From an uncultured Staphylococcus sp. (GTDB lineage: Bacteria; Bacteroidota; Bacteroidia; Bacteroidales; Muribaculaceae): 64,000 nt of DNA. Positions 19,573 through 28,486 of this stretch are shown piece by piece (position 1 is the stretch's first letter; every line of letters starts with the position of its first letter). The stretch lies in the NCBI GenBank assembly GCA_964619395.1, contig CAZUEY010000001.1:7650-71649 (forward strand). The letters are read 5' to 3'. The notes beneath the pieces were generated by a model. That model searched no databases. It was not told the DNA's origin and saw nothing but the letters and a program-made list of their open reading frames with translations. The position numbers were made by a program, and so were the translations under genes.

Positions 19573-20517
19573 ATGAAGATAAAAATTTTCATATTTTCCA
19601 TCTTTTCAATATTGACATCGTTAACTCTCTGTGCGGAGACCGTATCATGGGCGCAAGTGAGAATTCCTGTTGCGTGTATTCGCGATGGGGCGGGACATTC
19701 TACAGAACTTATCTCCCAGGCAATTCTGGGTACTCCACTCCGGATCCTGGATGAGGATGGCGAGTGGCTCCATATCCAGTCGCCGGACGGCTATGAAGGC
19801 TATATGAATATTTCGAGTGTGGCTCGAAAGTCAGTAGAGGAGATGGAACTTTGGCGCAAATCTGATCGCTATGTCTCGATTTCACTTCCTGAGGTAAAGT
19901 TAACAAAAGATAGTACCCTTGCTCTTAATCCCGAAAATATCATTTCGGAGGTGACTCTCAGTTCTATACTGGAAGGGGAAGCTCTCAATGATTCAATCCT
20001 GCTTTTGACATTACCGGATGGCCGGAAGGGATACGCCTCTTCTTCTCAATTCCTGCCGGCTGTTCATTGGGCTACTCAACCACTTGATACTGATTCTGTT
20101 GTTGCGAGAGCTTATTGGCTCATGGGTACCCCTTATCTCTGGGGCGCTTGCTCAACAAAGTCGGTAGACTGTTCCGGTCTTGTGAGGGTAAGCTATTTTG
20201 CCAACGGTATCCTGACCCTCCGCGATGCCAGGCAACAGATTGAGATTGGTAAAAGAATTGAGCCGGAGGATTTTGACCAACTTCAAAGGGGCGATCTTCT
20301 TTTTTTCTCATCTCAGCCTGATGGTCGCATCTCTCATGTTGCTATCTATGACCGCGATGGGCGGTATATACATTCATCCGGTCTGGTGAAATCAAACGAA
20401 ATGATTCCTGACGATCCAGACTTCGGTAACAGATACTATCGTGGAGCCTCGCGAATCTCCGGCATGGAGGACACGCCCGGTATCATTAGAATGATTAACC
20501 ACCCTTGGTATTTTTAA
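19573..20517 (+). CDS. SH3 + NlpC/P60 (C40) peptidoglycan peptidase, YkfC-like
   Basis: Signal peptide from the ATG at 19573; 'GTPYLWG...DCSG', 'RDARQQ', 'GDLLFF', 'HVAIY', 'IHSS'. Confidence 0.88.
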   Translation: MKIKIFIFSIFSILTSLTLCAETVSWAQVRIPVACIRDGAGHSTELISQAILGTPLRILDEDGEWLHIQSPDGYEGYMNISSVARKSVEEMELWRKSDRYVSISLPEVKLTKDSTLALNPENIISEVTLSSILEGEALNDSILLLTLPDGRKGYASSSQFLPAVHWATQPLDTDSVVARAYWLMGTPYLWGACSTKSVDCSGLVRVSYFANGILTLRDARQQIEIGKRIEPEDFDQLQRGDLLFFSSQPDGRISHVAIYDRDGRYIHSSGLVKSNEMIPDDPDFGNRYYRGASRISGMEDTPGIIRMINHPWYF

Positions 20518-20603
20518 CTTTTTGTAGCAAAATAAATCATTAAGATTTAACCGGAGGATGGTTATAATTTTGTAGTCTTAGATTCAGAAATATTTTTTGC
20601 AAT

Positions 20604-20912
20604 ATGTATGTGCTCAACACATCATTTCATGTCGACAAGTCGATAGAAGATAGATTCTTGAATATACTTCGTCGGGATTATATCCCTGCTATAAAGAATA
20701 GTGGTGCTTTTTCCGGAGTTTCGCTCATGAGAATCCTTCTTGAGGTGGAGGAGGGGGTCTCAAGTTTTGCATTGGGGCTGAGGACAACGGACATGGTTAA
20801 GGCGATGGAATGGTATGACGGAGAAGGTGCTGAACTCAGAGTTGCCATGCACAGGGATTTTGGAGAAAAGTTGGTGTTCTTTACAACCTGTATGGAGGAA
20901 ATTAGTATTTAG
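20604..20912 (+). CDS. DUF4286 family protein
   Basis: 'NTSFHVD...YIP...FGEKLVFFTTCMEEI'; lies upstream of ruvC; TAATTTTG at 20565-20572. Confidence 0.75.
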   Translation: MYVLNTSFHVDKSIEDRFLNILRRDYIPAIKNSGAFSGVSLMRILLEVEEGVSSFALGLRTTDMVKAMEWYDGEGAELRVAMHRDFGEKLVFFTTCMEEISI

Positions 20913-20918
20913 TATTTA

Positions 20919-21482
20919 ATGGTTGCAGCGACTGAAAAAATCATCATAGGTATAGACCCCGGAACGAATGTCATGGGCTATGGGATTCTTGGTGTTAACG
21001 GTAAAACTCCAAGGCTGATAGCTCTTGGCGTTGTGCGCCTTAACAAATTCGATAGTCACTATCTTAGATTGTTGAGAATTCATGAACGTGTGTTGGGACT
21101 GGTAGAGCAATATCTCCCTGACGAGATGGCTATTGAAGCTCCTTTTTTTGGCAAGAATGTTCAGTCGATGTTGAAACTCGGACGAGCTCAGGGCGTAGCT
21201 ATGGCTGCGGCGCTTTCAAGGGATATCCCCATCACGGAATATGAACCTCGAAAAATCAAAATGGCAATCACCGGTAATGGTGCAGCAAGTAAGGAGCAGG
21301 TTAGAGAGATGTTGAGGCGTATTTTGAAAATTCCAGAAGAAAAACTTGACATTGAACTCGACGCCACCGATGCCTTGGCAGCTGCCTTATGTCACTTTTA
21401 TGAATCATCGCGTCCCTTGGCCTCTTCTTCTCCTAAATCATGGAAAGATTTTATCGCCAAAAACCCCGACAGAGTAAAGTGA
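20919..21482 (+). CDS. ruvC: Holliday junction resolvase RuvC
   Basis: 'IGIDPG', 'AIEAPF', 'LGRAQG', 'DATDALAAA'. Confidence 0.96.
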   Translation: MVAATEKIIIGIDPGTNVMGYGILGVNGKTPRLIALGVVRLNKFDSHYLRLLRIHERVLGLVEQYLPDEMAIEAPFFGKNVQSMLKLGRAQGVAMAAALSRDIPITEYEPRKIKMAITGNGAASKEQVREMLRRILKIPEEKLDIELDATDALAAALCHFYESSRPLASSSPKSWKDFIAKNPDRVK

Positions 21483-21624
21483 GACTTAGAGTCTGTTTAT
21501 GATAAGTTGAGAATAGAGTTGGGTGCAAATATATAGCGAACACCTATACATTCCGATAAAACATTTTGAATTCTTTGCTGTCGATTGCTTTCGAAAGGAT
21601 GTAAGAATTAGAAAAAGTTTATTC

Positions 21625-22362
21625 TCAGAATTTCCGCTTCAGGTTTCGTATGAAAAATCCTATGTGCCTATAGATAGTGGGGAAGAGTCCGTAATAATAT
21701 GACATGATTCTAAATCTCTCCCATAAAGAGGCTGCGTGGTTGGCGGTCGTCACTCCCTCCTTTAGATAATCAATGAGGATTTGGTCTATGTAGACAGTAC
21801 GGTGTGATCGTTGCAGGCATCTGATACACCATTCATAATCAGCCGAATACTTATATCTCGTGTCGTAGTTGTCAACCAGTTTTCTCAAAACCACAAAGGC
21901 CTGATGACACACCACCATGCCATACTTGAAACTATCGAGGGTGAGTTGCGCAGGTGCGGTAAGGTGACGGTCGCCTATACGATGGCGTTCACTGTCCACT
22001 ATCTGAGTCTGTCCGTAAGCAATCCCGGGGTAGTCGTTGTCGAGCACACAGTCGGCAATAGTTTGGAGAGTGGTATCTTTGTGGAACGCATCACCTGCGT
22101 TCAGGAAGATCACATAGTCGCCCTTGGCCACCCCCAGGCCCTTATTCATCGCGTCATATATTCCGCGATCCTTCTCAGAAATAATTGTAGAGGGTTGAAT
22201 ATCAGCAGACTTTACAATTTCAAGAGTATCGTCCGTAGAGGCCCCGTCGACTACGATGTGCTCATAGAGTTTACAAGTCTGCTCCTTAAGGCTCTTGAGA
22301 GTTGGTTTTATAGTTGCAGATGCATTGTAAGTAACTGTGATAATTGAAAAGAGGGGACGCAT
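21625..22362 (-). CDS. Glycosyltransferase family 2 (WcaE-like)
   Basis: 'SIITVTYN', 'VDGASTDDT', 'DRGIYDAMNKG', 'FLNAGD', 'SADYEW'. Confidence 0.92.
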   Translation of the reverse strand: MRPLFSIITVTYNASATIKPTLKSLKEQTCKLYEHIVVDGASTDDTLEIVKSADIQPSTIISEKDRGIYDAMNKGLGVAKGDYVIFLNAGDAFHKDTTLQTIADCVLDNDYPGIAYGQTQIVDSERHRIGDRHLTAPAQLTLDSFKYGMVVCHQAFVVLRKLVDNYDTRYKYSADYEWCIRCLQRSHRTVYIDQILIDYLKEGVTTANHAASLWERFRIMSYYYGLFPTIYRHIGFFIRNLKRKF

Positions 22363-22392
22363 GGCTTAGGGCTAATTTTTGTGGATGGGGTC

Positions 22393-22430
22393 AAAAAATC
22401 TTCCGCAAATCAGTGAGTCAATGCGGAAGA
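22393..22430 (-). terminator. Intrinsic terminator downstream of the DUF2582 gene
   Basis: TCTTCCGCA/TGCGGAAGA stem followed by T6 on the minus strand. Confidence 0.65.
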
Positions 22431-22550
22431 AATAGTGAATATGCTTTACATTTTGGTCGCGAAAATCAGACCAAAAGCGCAAATGGCATTCCGACAAGAT
22501 GGATAGGCTTATCTTTTCAGAGGCCTATGCATCCTGGAGTAGGGCAAAAT

Positions 22551-22769
22551 TTATTTATCCTGTACGAGGGAGATGATAAGTTCTTTGCCATCTTCTGACT
22601 CTACGAAGTTGACTTTACCTTCGCGGGCAAGCCATCCGAGAGCAGCAAAAAGTTCTTTGTCAGTCTTTATCTTGGCAATTTTCTTAAGTTGCTTTGTGCC
22701 AAGGGCATCTGCTTCATTGAGTGCTTCCCAAACGCTACCAGCGTTGAGGCCAATTGTTTCAGTGTTCAT
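22551..22769 (-). CDS. Small winged-helix protein (DUF2582 family)
   Basis: 'IGLNAGSVWEAL...ALGWLAREGKV' signature; TAAATTTG on minus at 22863-22870. Confidence 0.88.
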   Translation of the reverse strand: MNTETIGLNAGSVWEALNEADALGTKQLKKIAKIKTDKELFAALGWLAREGKVNFVESEDGKELIISLVQDK

Positions 22770-22994
22770 TGCTTTATGAATTAAAGATTTAACTTAGGTT
22801 CCAAATTTTACTCATTCAAATTAAATATTGTATATCCGTTAAAGTGAAATATACAATTTTCGCAAATTTACAATTATTTTTCTAATTGTCAGCTAAAAGT
22901 ATAACAATATTCAACTTATAATGTTCAGAATCATGTGAATCATGCTGAATCATGTAGAGAATCAGGCTCAGGATGGTTCAAGAGGATGGATGAT

Positions 22995-23849
22995 TTACCA
23001 GATTGAAATATAGGTGAGATAGATTAGCGTAGCCGGTATAACGAGAAGCAGTGAGTCAATTCGATCCAATATACCTCCGTGTCCGGGAAGCAGATGGCCT
23101 GAGTCCTTCACTCCTAAAGTGCGTTTAATCAGTGACTCCACCAGGTCACCCCAAGTGGCAAATATCCCTACCATGAGCCCCATACCACACAGAGTCAATA
23201 TGTTGATCGAACTGAAGTAGGTGGGGAAGCAGTATTTATAGATGAATGAAGCTGCCAAGCAGAATAGTAGCCCGCCAAAGAATCCTTCCCAAGATTTGTT
23301 TGGTGATATTCTGGGGAAGAGTTTGTGTTTTCCAATAGCCGAGCCTACCAGAAATGCGCCTGTGTCGCTGAGCCATATCATCACAAACATGCCAAGCAGC
23401 AGGCTCTTGCCGTCAGGGAAGGTGTAGTACATCGACATAAGTCCAAGCGGCAATGCTATATACATCTGTCCCATATATGAATAAGCAAGATGAGAAAGAG
23501 GTGATTCCTCTTTTATATATAACTGTGTCACGAGTCTTATAACAAGGTATAAAAGATATAGTATGAAGAATGTACCACCTACTACAGCTGTTGTGACAGG
23601 GGGGAGGAGTCCCAGATTCACACATCCCATACCTGCACACATCACTACTCCCCCACATAAATCAAGAATGAGAATGGTAGTGTTTTCAGACCCTTTTTGG
23701 GAGTTGCATAGATGATAAAATTCATGCAGAGCCAAAAGCGTAAAGAGCGAAAAGAGGGCAATGAATATCCATCCCCCTGATAGTACACTGAAACAAATCA
23801 GAGCCACATAGATTAACCCGGTGGTTGAACGAAGAAGTAGATTTTTCAT
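22995..23849 (-). CDS. cdsA: Phosphatidate cytidylyltransferase
   Basis: 'ISPNKSWEGF.GG', 'GDLVESLIKR..GVKDSG.LLPGHGGILDRIDS'. Confidence 0.95.
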   Translation of the reverse strand: MKNLLLRSTTGLIYVALICFSVLSGGWIFIALFSLFTLLALHEFYHLCNSQKGSENTTILILDLCGGVVMCAGMGCVNLGLLPPVTTAVVGGTFFILYLLYLVIRLVTQLYIKEESPLSHLAYSYMGQMYIALPLGLMSMYYTFPDGKSLLLGMFVMIWLSDTGAFLVGSAIGKHKLFPRISPNKSWEGFFGGLLFCLAASFIYKYCFPTYFSSINILTLCGMGLMVGIFATWGDLVESLIKRTLGVKDSGHLLPGHGGILDRIDSLLLVIPATLIYLTYISIW

Positions 23850-23927
23850 TTTTGCGGATTATTATTCTAAAGAAGTGCCAAGAGATATCTCTATTTTAAA
23901 ACTGATGGTTACAAGCGAAAGAGACCG

Positions 23928-24680
23928 CTATAATTCCACACCTTTATTTTTTATGAATTCTTTATATATGCGTGAGAATTTTTCATTTGCCTCACGCGGG
24001 TAGCGGATATCGGCATAGACTTGAGCGAGATTGTCCTTCCTATTCTCCTTTACAAACTGCTCTGATTCGGGTAGATGCTCTTTTTCAGTATAATATTGAT
24101 TGATTTCCGTGTCAGTAGGATTGTGGTAGGTATCGAAATGGACTATTGACTCTATGGGCAGACGATCCTGAATCTCACTCTCTCCTGCAGGATAGCCGGT
24201 TGCCACAGTGATTATCGGAATTACATCTTCAGGCAGGTTCAGTATTTCGGAAATCTGCTCAGCATTGTAGGTAGTGGTTCCAAGGTAGCATGTTCCCAGT
24301 CCATTTAATTCGGCTATTGTACAGAACTGTTGAGCGAAAATCGAGGTGTCGATGACTCCCCATGTGAAGCCCTGAAAGTTGTTAAGGCCCGGAGTGGCAT
24401 TGTTGAGTCGACACCAACGGTTAAATCTATTCAGATCCAGGCAAAATGTCAGAAGTGCAGAGGCATTGACGGATGCTGGCTGATTGAAATGGCAAGGGGC
24501 AATTTTTGCAATTTCTTCAGGATCTGTTGTCACAATTACGGAATAGATTTGCATGTTGCCTGTGTTGGCTGCATGGGCAGCCTTCCCGAGCATTTCAAGA
24601 AGTGTATCCCTGGAGAGCTCGCGCGATTTATCGTAGCATCTGATTGTGCGTCGATTTGAGAAATAGTCGTTGATTTCCAT
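23928..24680 (-). CDS. Nitroreductase / NADPH-flavin oxidoreductase (NfsA/Frp-like)
   Basis: 'RRTIRCY', 'NTGNMQ.YS', 'AELNGLGTCYLG', 'GYP'. Confidence 0.88.
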   Translation of the reverse strand: MEINDYFSNRRTIRCYDKSRELSRDTLLEMLGKAAHAANTGNMQIYSVIVTTDPEEIAKIAPCHFNQPASVNASALLTFCLDLNRFNRWCRLNNATPGLNNFQGFTWGVIDTSIFAQQFCTIAELNGLGTCYLGTTTYNAEQISEILNLPEDVIPIITVATGYPAGESEIQDRLPIESIVHFDTYHNPTDTEINQYYTEKEHLPESEQFVKENRKDNLAQVYADIRYPREANEKFSRIYKEFIKNKGVEL

Positions 24681-24845
24681 TATGTTAGAAATTAAATTTC
24701 ATTAAGATTTTTTAGTGAGTGTGAATACACAATGCAAGTTACTATAAAATTTTCAAATGTTGATAACTTGGGAGAAAAAATGTTGGATTATCTAAATTAT
24801 TTCTTCACCTTTGCAATCGCAATTTATATCATGAAAGATATCTGA

Positions 24846-27437
24846 ATGGAACCAAAAAAATACACATTCGACGAAGCTCTTAAGGCCAGTGTAGACTACT
24901 TTAATGGCGATGAGCTCGCTGCCAAAGTCTGGGTGAGCAAATATGCTTTGAAAGACTCGGAGGGAAATCTGTATGAAAAGACTCCCGCCGACATGCATCA
25001 CCGCATAGCTTCTGAACTAGCTCGAATTGAGCAAAATTATCCCAATCCTATGCCCGAAGAGGAGATCTATAGGCTTCTTGATAATTTTGACTACATTGTT
25101 CCTCAGGGGAGTCCAATGGCCGGTATCGGCAACAATTTCCAGGTGGGCTCTCTCTCAAACTGCTTTGTAGTCGGGTTGGATGGCCATCCCGACTCCTACG
25201 GCGGTATCATAAAGATTGACGAGGAGCAAGTGCAGCTTATGAAACGTCGTGGTGGTGTTGGTCATGACTTGAGCGACCTTCGCCCTAAAGGGACTCCGGT
25301 TAAAAATTCGGCACTCACATCTACAGGTCTTGTGCCTTTTATGGAGCGCTACTCCAACTCTACCCGAGAGGTGGCTCAGGATGGTCGCCGCGGAGCGTTA
25401 ATGCTTACTGTAGCTATAAAACATCCTGATTCAGAACGTTTTATTGATGCAAAGCTCGAACAGGGTAAGATCACAGGAGCCAATGTCTCCGTAAAGATCG
25501 ACGATGGATTTATGAAATCTGTGGAGGATGGGACTCCTTACACATGTGCTTTCCCCGTTTATAGCGAAAATCCAGAAGTGACAAAGGAAATTGATGCACG
25601 CACCCTCTGGAGCAAAATTGTATTCAATGCCTGGAAATCGGCCGAACCAGGAGTGCTTTTCTGGGACACAATCCTTAAAGAGTCGCTTCCTGACTGCTAT
25701 GCCGATCTCGGTTTCCAGACCGTTTCAACAAATCCTTGCGGTGAAATACCTCTATGCCCCTACGACAGTTGTCGTCTCCTGGCAATCAATCTTTATTCTT
25801 ACGTGAAAAATCCTTTCACTAAAGATGCATATTTTGATTATGATCTATTTAAGGATCATGTGATGAAGGCTCAAAGAATGATGGACGACATCATTGACCT
25901 TGAGATGGAAAAGATAGAGAAGATCATTGCTAAAATTGGGGATGATCCTGAAGAACAAGAGGTGAAGGAAACTGAGCTGAATCTATGGAATAAGATCCGC
26001 AACAAAACTATCAAAGGCCGACGCACCGGTCTTGGAACTACAGCCGAAGGGGATATGCTCGCTGCCTTAGGTCTGCGCTATGGTACTCCCGAAGCTACCG
26101 CAAAGTCTGTTGAAGTTCATCGTGCGTTGGCTCTCGCGGCTTTCGAGTCATCAGTGCAGATGGCAAAAGAAAGAGGCGCTTTCGAGGTTTACAATGCCGA
26201 GCGTGAACGCAATAATCCTTATATCAATCGTCTTAAAGAGGCCTCTCCTGAATTGATTGAAGAGATGGAGAAGCATGGCCGTAGAAATATTGCATGTCTC
26301 ACGATAGCTCCCACAGGTTCCACCTCTCTCATGACCCGCACATCTTCCGGTATCGAACCGGTTTTCATGCCGGTTTATAAACGTCGTCGCAAGGTTAATG
26401 CCAACGACAATGAGTCGCGTGTTGACTACGTTGACGACATGGGCGATGCTTTCGAGGAGTATATCGTATATCATCCTAAGTTTTTAGAGTGGATGAAAAT
26501 TGCCGGTATCGAGCAGAAGGATACCTACACTCAGGCTGAGCTTGATGCTCTCGTGGCGCAGTCTCCTTACAACAAAGCCACTGCCAACGATATTGACTGG
26601 CTCGAAAAAGTCAAAATGCAGGGAGCTGTGCAGAAGTGGGTTGACCATTCGATTTCCGTTACTATCAATCTCCCGGCCGACACTACCGTGGAACTTGTGG
26701 ACCGTCTATATCTCGAGGCATGGAAAGCTGGTTGCAAGGGCTGCACCATTTATCGGGATGGTTGCCGTTCAGGTGTGCTTGTCTCCGCTGATGAAAACAA
26801 AAAGAAAGATCGTGAGAAGGAGAAGGATGATAGCACTGACGCCACTAAAAATATCACTCTCTCGCCGGCAGACTATTTCAAGACCCACACCGTAGGGAAG
26901 CGCCCCATCGAACTTGAAGCCGATGTGGTCAGATTCCAGAATAATAAGGAAAAATGGATTGCTTTCGTGGGCCTGAAAGATGGTCACCCATATGAGATAT
27001 TCACCGGTCTTGCCGATGACGACGATGGCATCTTCTGCCCGAAGTCGGTCTCAAAAGGAAAGATTATCAAGGCTATGGATGAGAAGGGTAATAAGCGCTA
27101 TGACTTCCAGTTTATAAATAAGAGGGGCTATAAAACCACAATCGAAGGCCTGTCGGATAAATTTAATCCTGAATATTGGAACTACGCAAAGCTTATCTCG
27201 GGAGTATTGAGATACGGCATGCCAATCGATCAGGTTATCAAGCTTGTAAATGGTCTGGAACTCGACTCTCAATCTATCAATACCTGGAAGATGGGCGTGG
27301 AACGTGCGCTTAAGAAGTATCTTCCCTCCGGCACTCAGGCTGCAGGTCAGAAGTGTCCTAATTGCGGTCAGGAAACCCTCGTATATCAGGAAGGATGCCT
27401 CATCTGCACATCATGCGGCTCTTCTCGCTGCGGATAA
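24846..27437 (+). CDS. nrdJ: Adenosylcobalamin-dependent (class II) ribonucleoside-diphosphate reductase
   Basis: 'SLSNCFV', 'TNPCGEIPL', 'TIAPTGS', 'VDHSISVTIN', 'KGCTIYRDG', C-terminal Cys-rich ribbon; no beta subunit or activase gene nearby. Confidence 0.93.
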   Translation: MEPKKYTFDEALKASVDYFNGDELAAKVWVSKYALKDSEGNLYEKTPADMHHRIASELARIEQNYPNPMPEEEIYRLLDNFDYIVPQGSPMAGIGNNFQVGSLSNCFVVGLDGHPDSYGGIIKIDEEQVQLMKRRGGVGHDLSDLRPKGTPVKNSALTSTGLVPFMERYSNSTREVAQDGRRGALMLTVAIKHPDSERFIDAKLEQGKITGANVSVKIDDGFMKSVEDGTPYTCAFPVYSENPEVTKEIDARTLWSKIVFNAWKSAEPGVLFWDTILKESLPDCYADLGFQTVSTNPCGEIPLCPYDSCRLLAINLYSYVKNPFTKDAYFDYDLFKDHVMKAQRMMDDIIDLEMEKIEKIIAKIGDDPEEQEVKETELNLWNKIRNKTIKGRRTGLGTTAEGDMLAALGLRYGTPEATAKSVEVHRALALAAFESSVQMAKERGAFEVYNAERERNNPYINRLKEASPELIEEMEKHGRRNIACLTIAPTGSTSLMTRTSSGIEPVFMPVYKRRRKVNANDNESRVDYVDDMGDAFEEYIVYHPKFLEWMKIAGIEQKDTYTQAELDALVAQSPYNKATANDIDWLEKVKMQGAVQKWVDHSISVTINLPADTTVELVDRLYLEAWKAGCKGCTIYRDGCRSGVLVSADENKKKDREKEKDDSTDATKNITLSPADYFKTHTVGKRPIELEADVVRFQNNKEKWIAFVGLKDGHPYEIFTGLADDDDGIFCPKSVSKGKIIKAMDEKGNKRYDFQFINKRGYKTTIEGLSDKFNPEYWNYAKLISGVLRYGMPIDQVIKLVNGLELDSQSINTWKMGVERALKKYLPSGTQAAGQKCPNCGQETLVYQEGCLICTSCGSSRCG

Positions 27438-27452
27438 TATGAGCAGACAAAT

Positions 27453-27492
27453 AATATGTTATCGCCCTTAATAAGGTGGTAACATATTTTTT
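27453..27492 (+). terminator. Intrinsic terminator after nrdJ
   Basis: AATATGTTATCGCC/GGTGGTAACATATT stem followed by a T-tract. Confidence 0.75.
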
Positions 27493-27581
27493 CATTTTAC
27501 TTTAAGAATATATGTTACTTTTTTCTTCTTTTTGACTCATCGAAATAAATACCTTTACTTACATTTTAAAACTAAGTTAAT

Positions 27582-28334
27582 ATGGAAAACCGAAATGAAG
27601 ATTTTGGCAATTTCGTCTCATTCGTTCTCCTGTCAGAACCGAATTGGGATTTAAGCCAGCTGTTGAAGGACCTGAAAGAGGAGTGGAACATCGATTTTCC
27701 CGCTAAGGAAAGTAAGGATACGTTGGTGGAAAAATTCGGAGACGGATTCATTACTGTCGGACTAATCCCGGCTCCCATCCCCGATGGGGAGGCAGAGAGA
27801 TATGCCGAGGCTAATTATTTGTGGCCGGAGGCGGAATCGGTTGTTAAGTCCCACAAGGCTCACATAATGATAGCTGTAACCCAAAACGATAATAACCTGC
27901 TGGAAAAGGCAAAGGTTACAACAAAAATAGTAGATGCTTGCCTAAAACAAAAGAATGCTATAGCGGTTTATGCCGATGGGGCAGTATATGAGCCTGAGTT
28001 CTATAATATGGCCGCTCAAAGTCTTCATGAAGACATATTGCCTATTTTCGACTGGATTTGGTTTGGCATCTACAAAGATGGCGACACTCCCGGGATATAT
28101 ACCTATGGGATGCGAAAGTTTGGGAAAGAGGAGATTGAGGTATATGCCAAAGCCCCGTTAAATGATATAAGAGATTTCGTTTGTGATGTAGTGGGATATG
28201 TATTAGAGTACGATGTGACTTTAAATGATGGAGAAACAATAGGTTTCTCTGAAGACGAGCACTTGCCTATTAAGCTTAGTAAAGGGATTGCTCTCGACGG
28301 ATATACGCTGAAAATTGCATATCCGGGAAAGTAA
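27582..28334 (+). CDS. DUF4261-domain protein
   Basis: 'HKAHIMIAV', 'WIWFG', 'YTYGMRKFGKEEIE', 'YVLEYDVTLNDGETIGFS'. Confidence 0.75.
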   Translation: MENRNEDFGNFVSFVLLSEPNWDLSQLLKDLKEEWNIDFPAKESKDTLVEKFGDGFITVGLIPAPIPDGEAERYAEANYLWPEAESVVKSHKAHIMIAVTQNDNNLLEKAKVTTKIVDACLKQKNAIAVYADGAVYEPEFYNMAAQSLHEDILPIFDWIWFGIYKDGDTPGIYTYGMRKFGKEEIEVYAKAPLNDIRDFVCDVVGYVLEYDVTLNDGETIGFSEDEHLPIKLSKGIALDGYTLKIAYPGK

Positions 28335-28405
28335 ATTCCCGATATTCCCGATGATTTGGGTGTGTAGTGTACAGCTAAGTCATTTAACTGCGAATTACTT
28401 AGAAG

Positions 28406-28464
28406 ACCCTTACCCGATTCATGACGAGTTGGGTAAGGGTTTAGACGAGTTGGGTAAGGGTTTA
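28406..28464. repeat. Hairpin whose 3' arm is tandemly duplicated (21-bp direct repeat x2)
   Basis: ACCCTTACCCGATTC pairs with GAGTTGGGTAAGGGT; GACGAGTTGGGTAAGGGTTTA occurs at 28423-28443 and 28444-28464. Confidence 0.85.
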
Positions 28465-28486
28465 TGTGTTGGACATCAATATATAC

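Noticed and set aside
21485-21531. TTAGAGTCTGTTTA (and TTAGAGCCTGTCCC near 5793) resembling IS/MITE ends, plus an antisense TATATTTG
   Set aside because: No matching opposite end, target duplication or transposase fragment found.
22928-22955. GAATCATG x3 microrepeat
   Set aside because: Very short and imperfect; no functional context.
24680-24846. Cobalamin riboswitch upstream of nrdJ
   Set aside because: Short AT-rich divergent promoter region with no B12-box.
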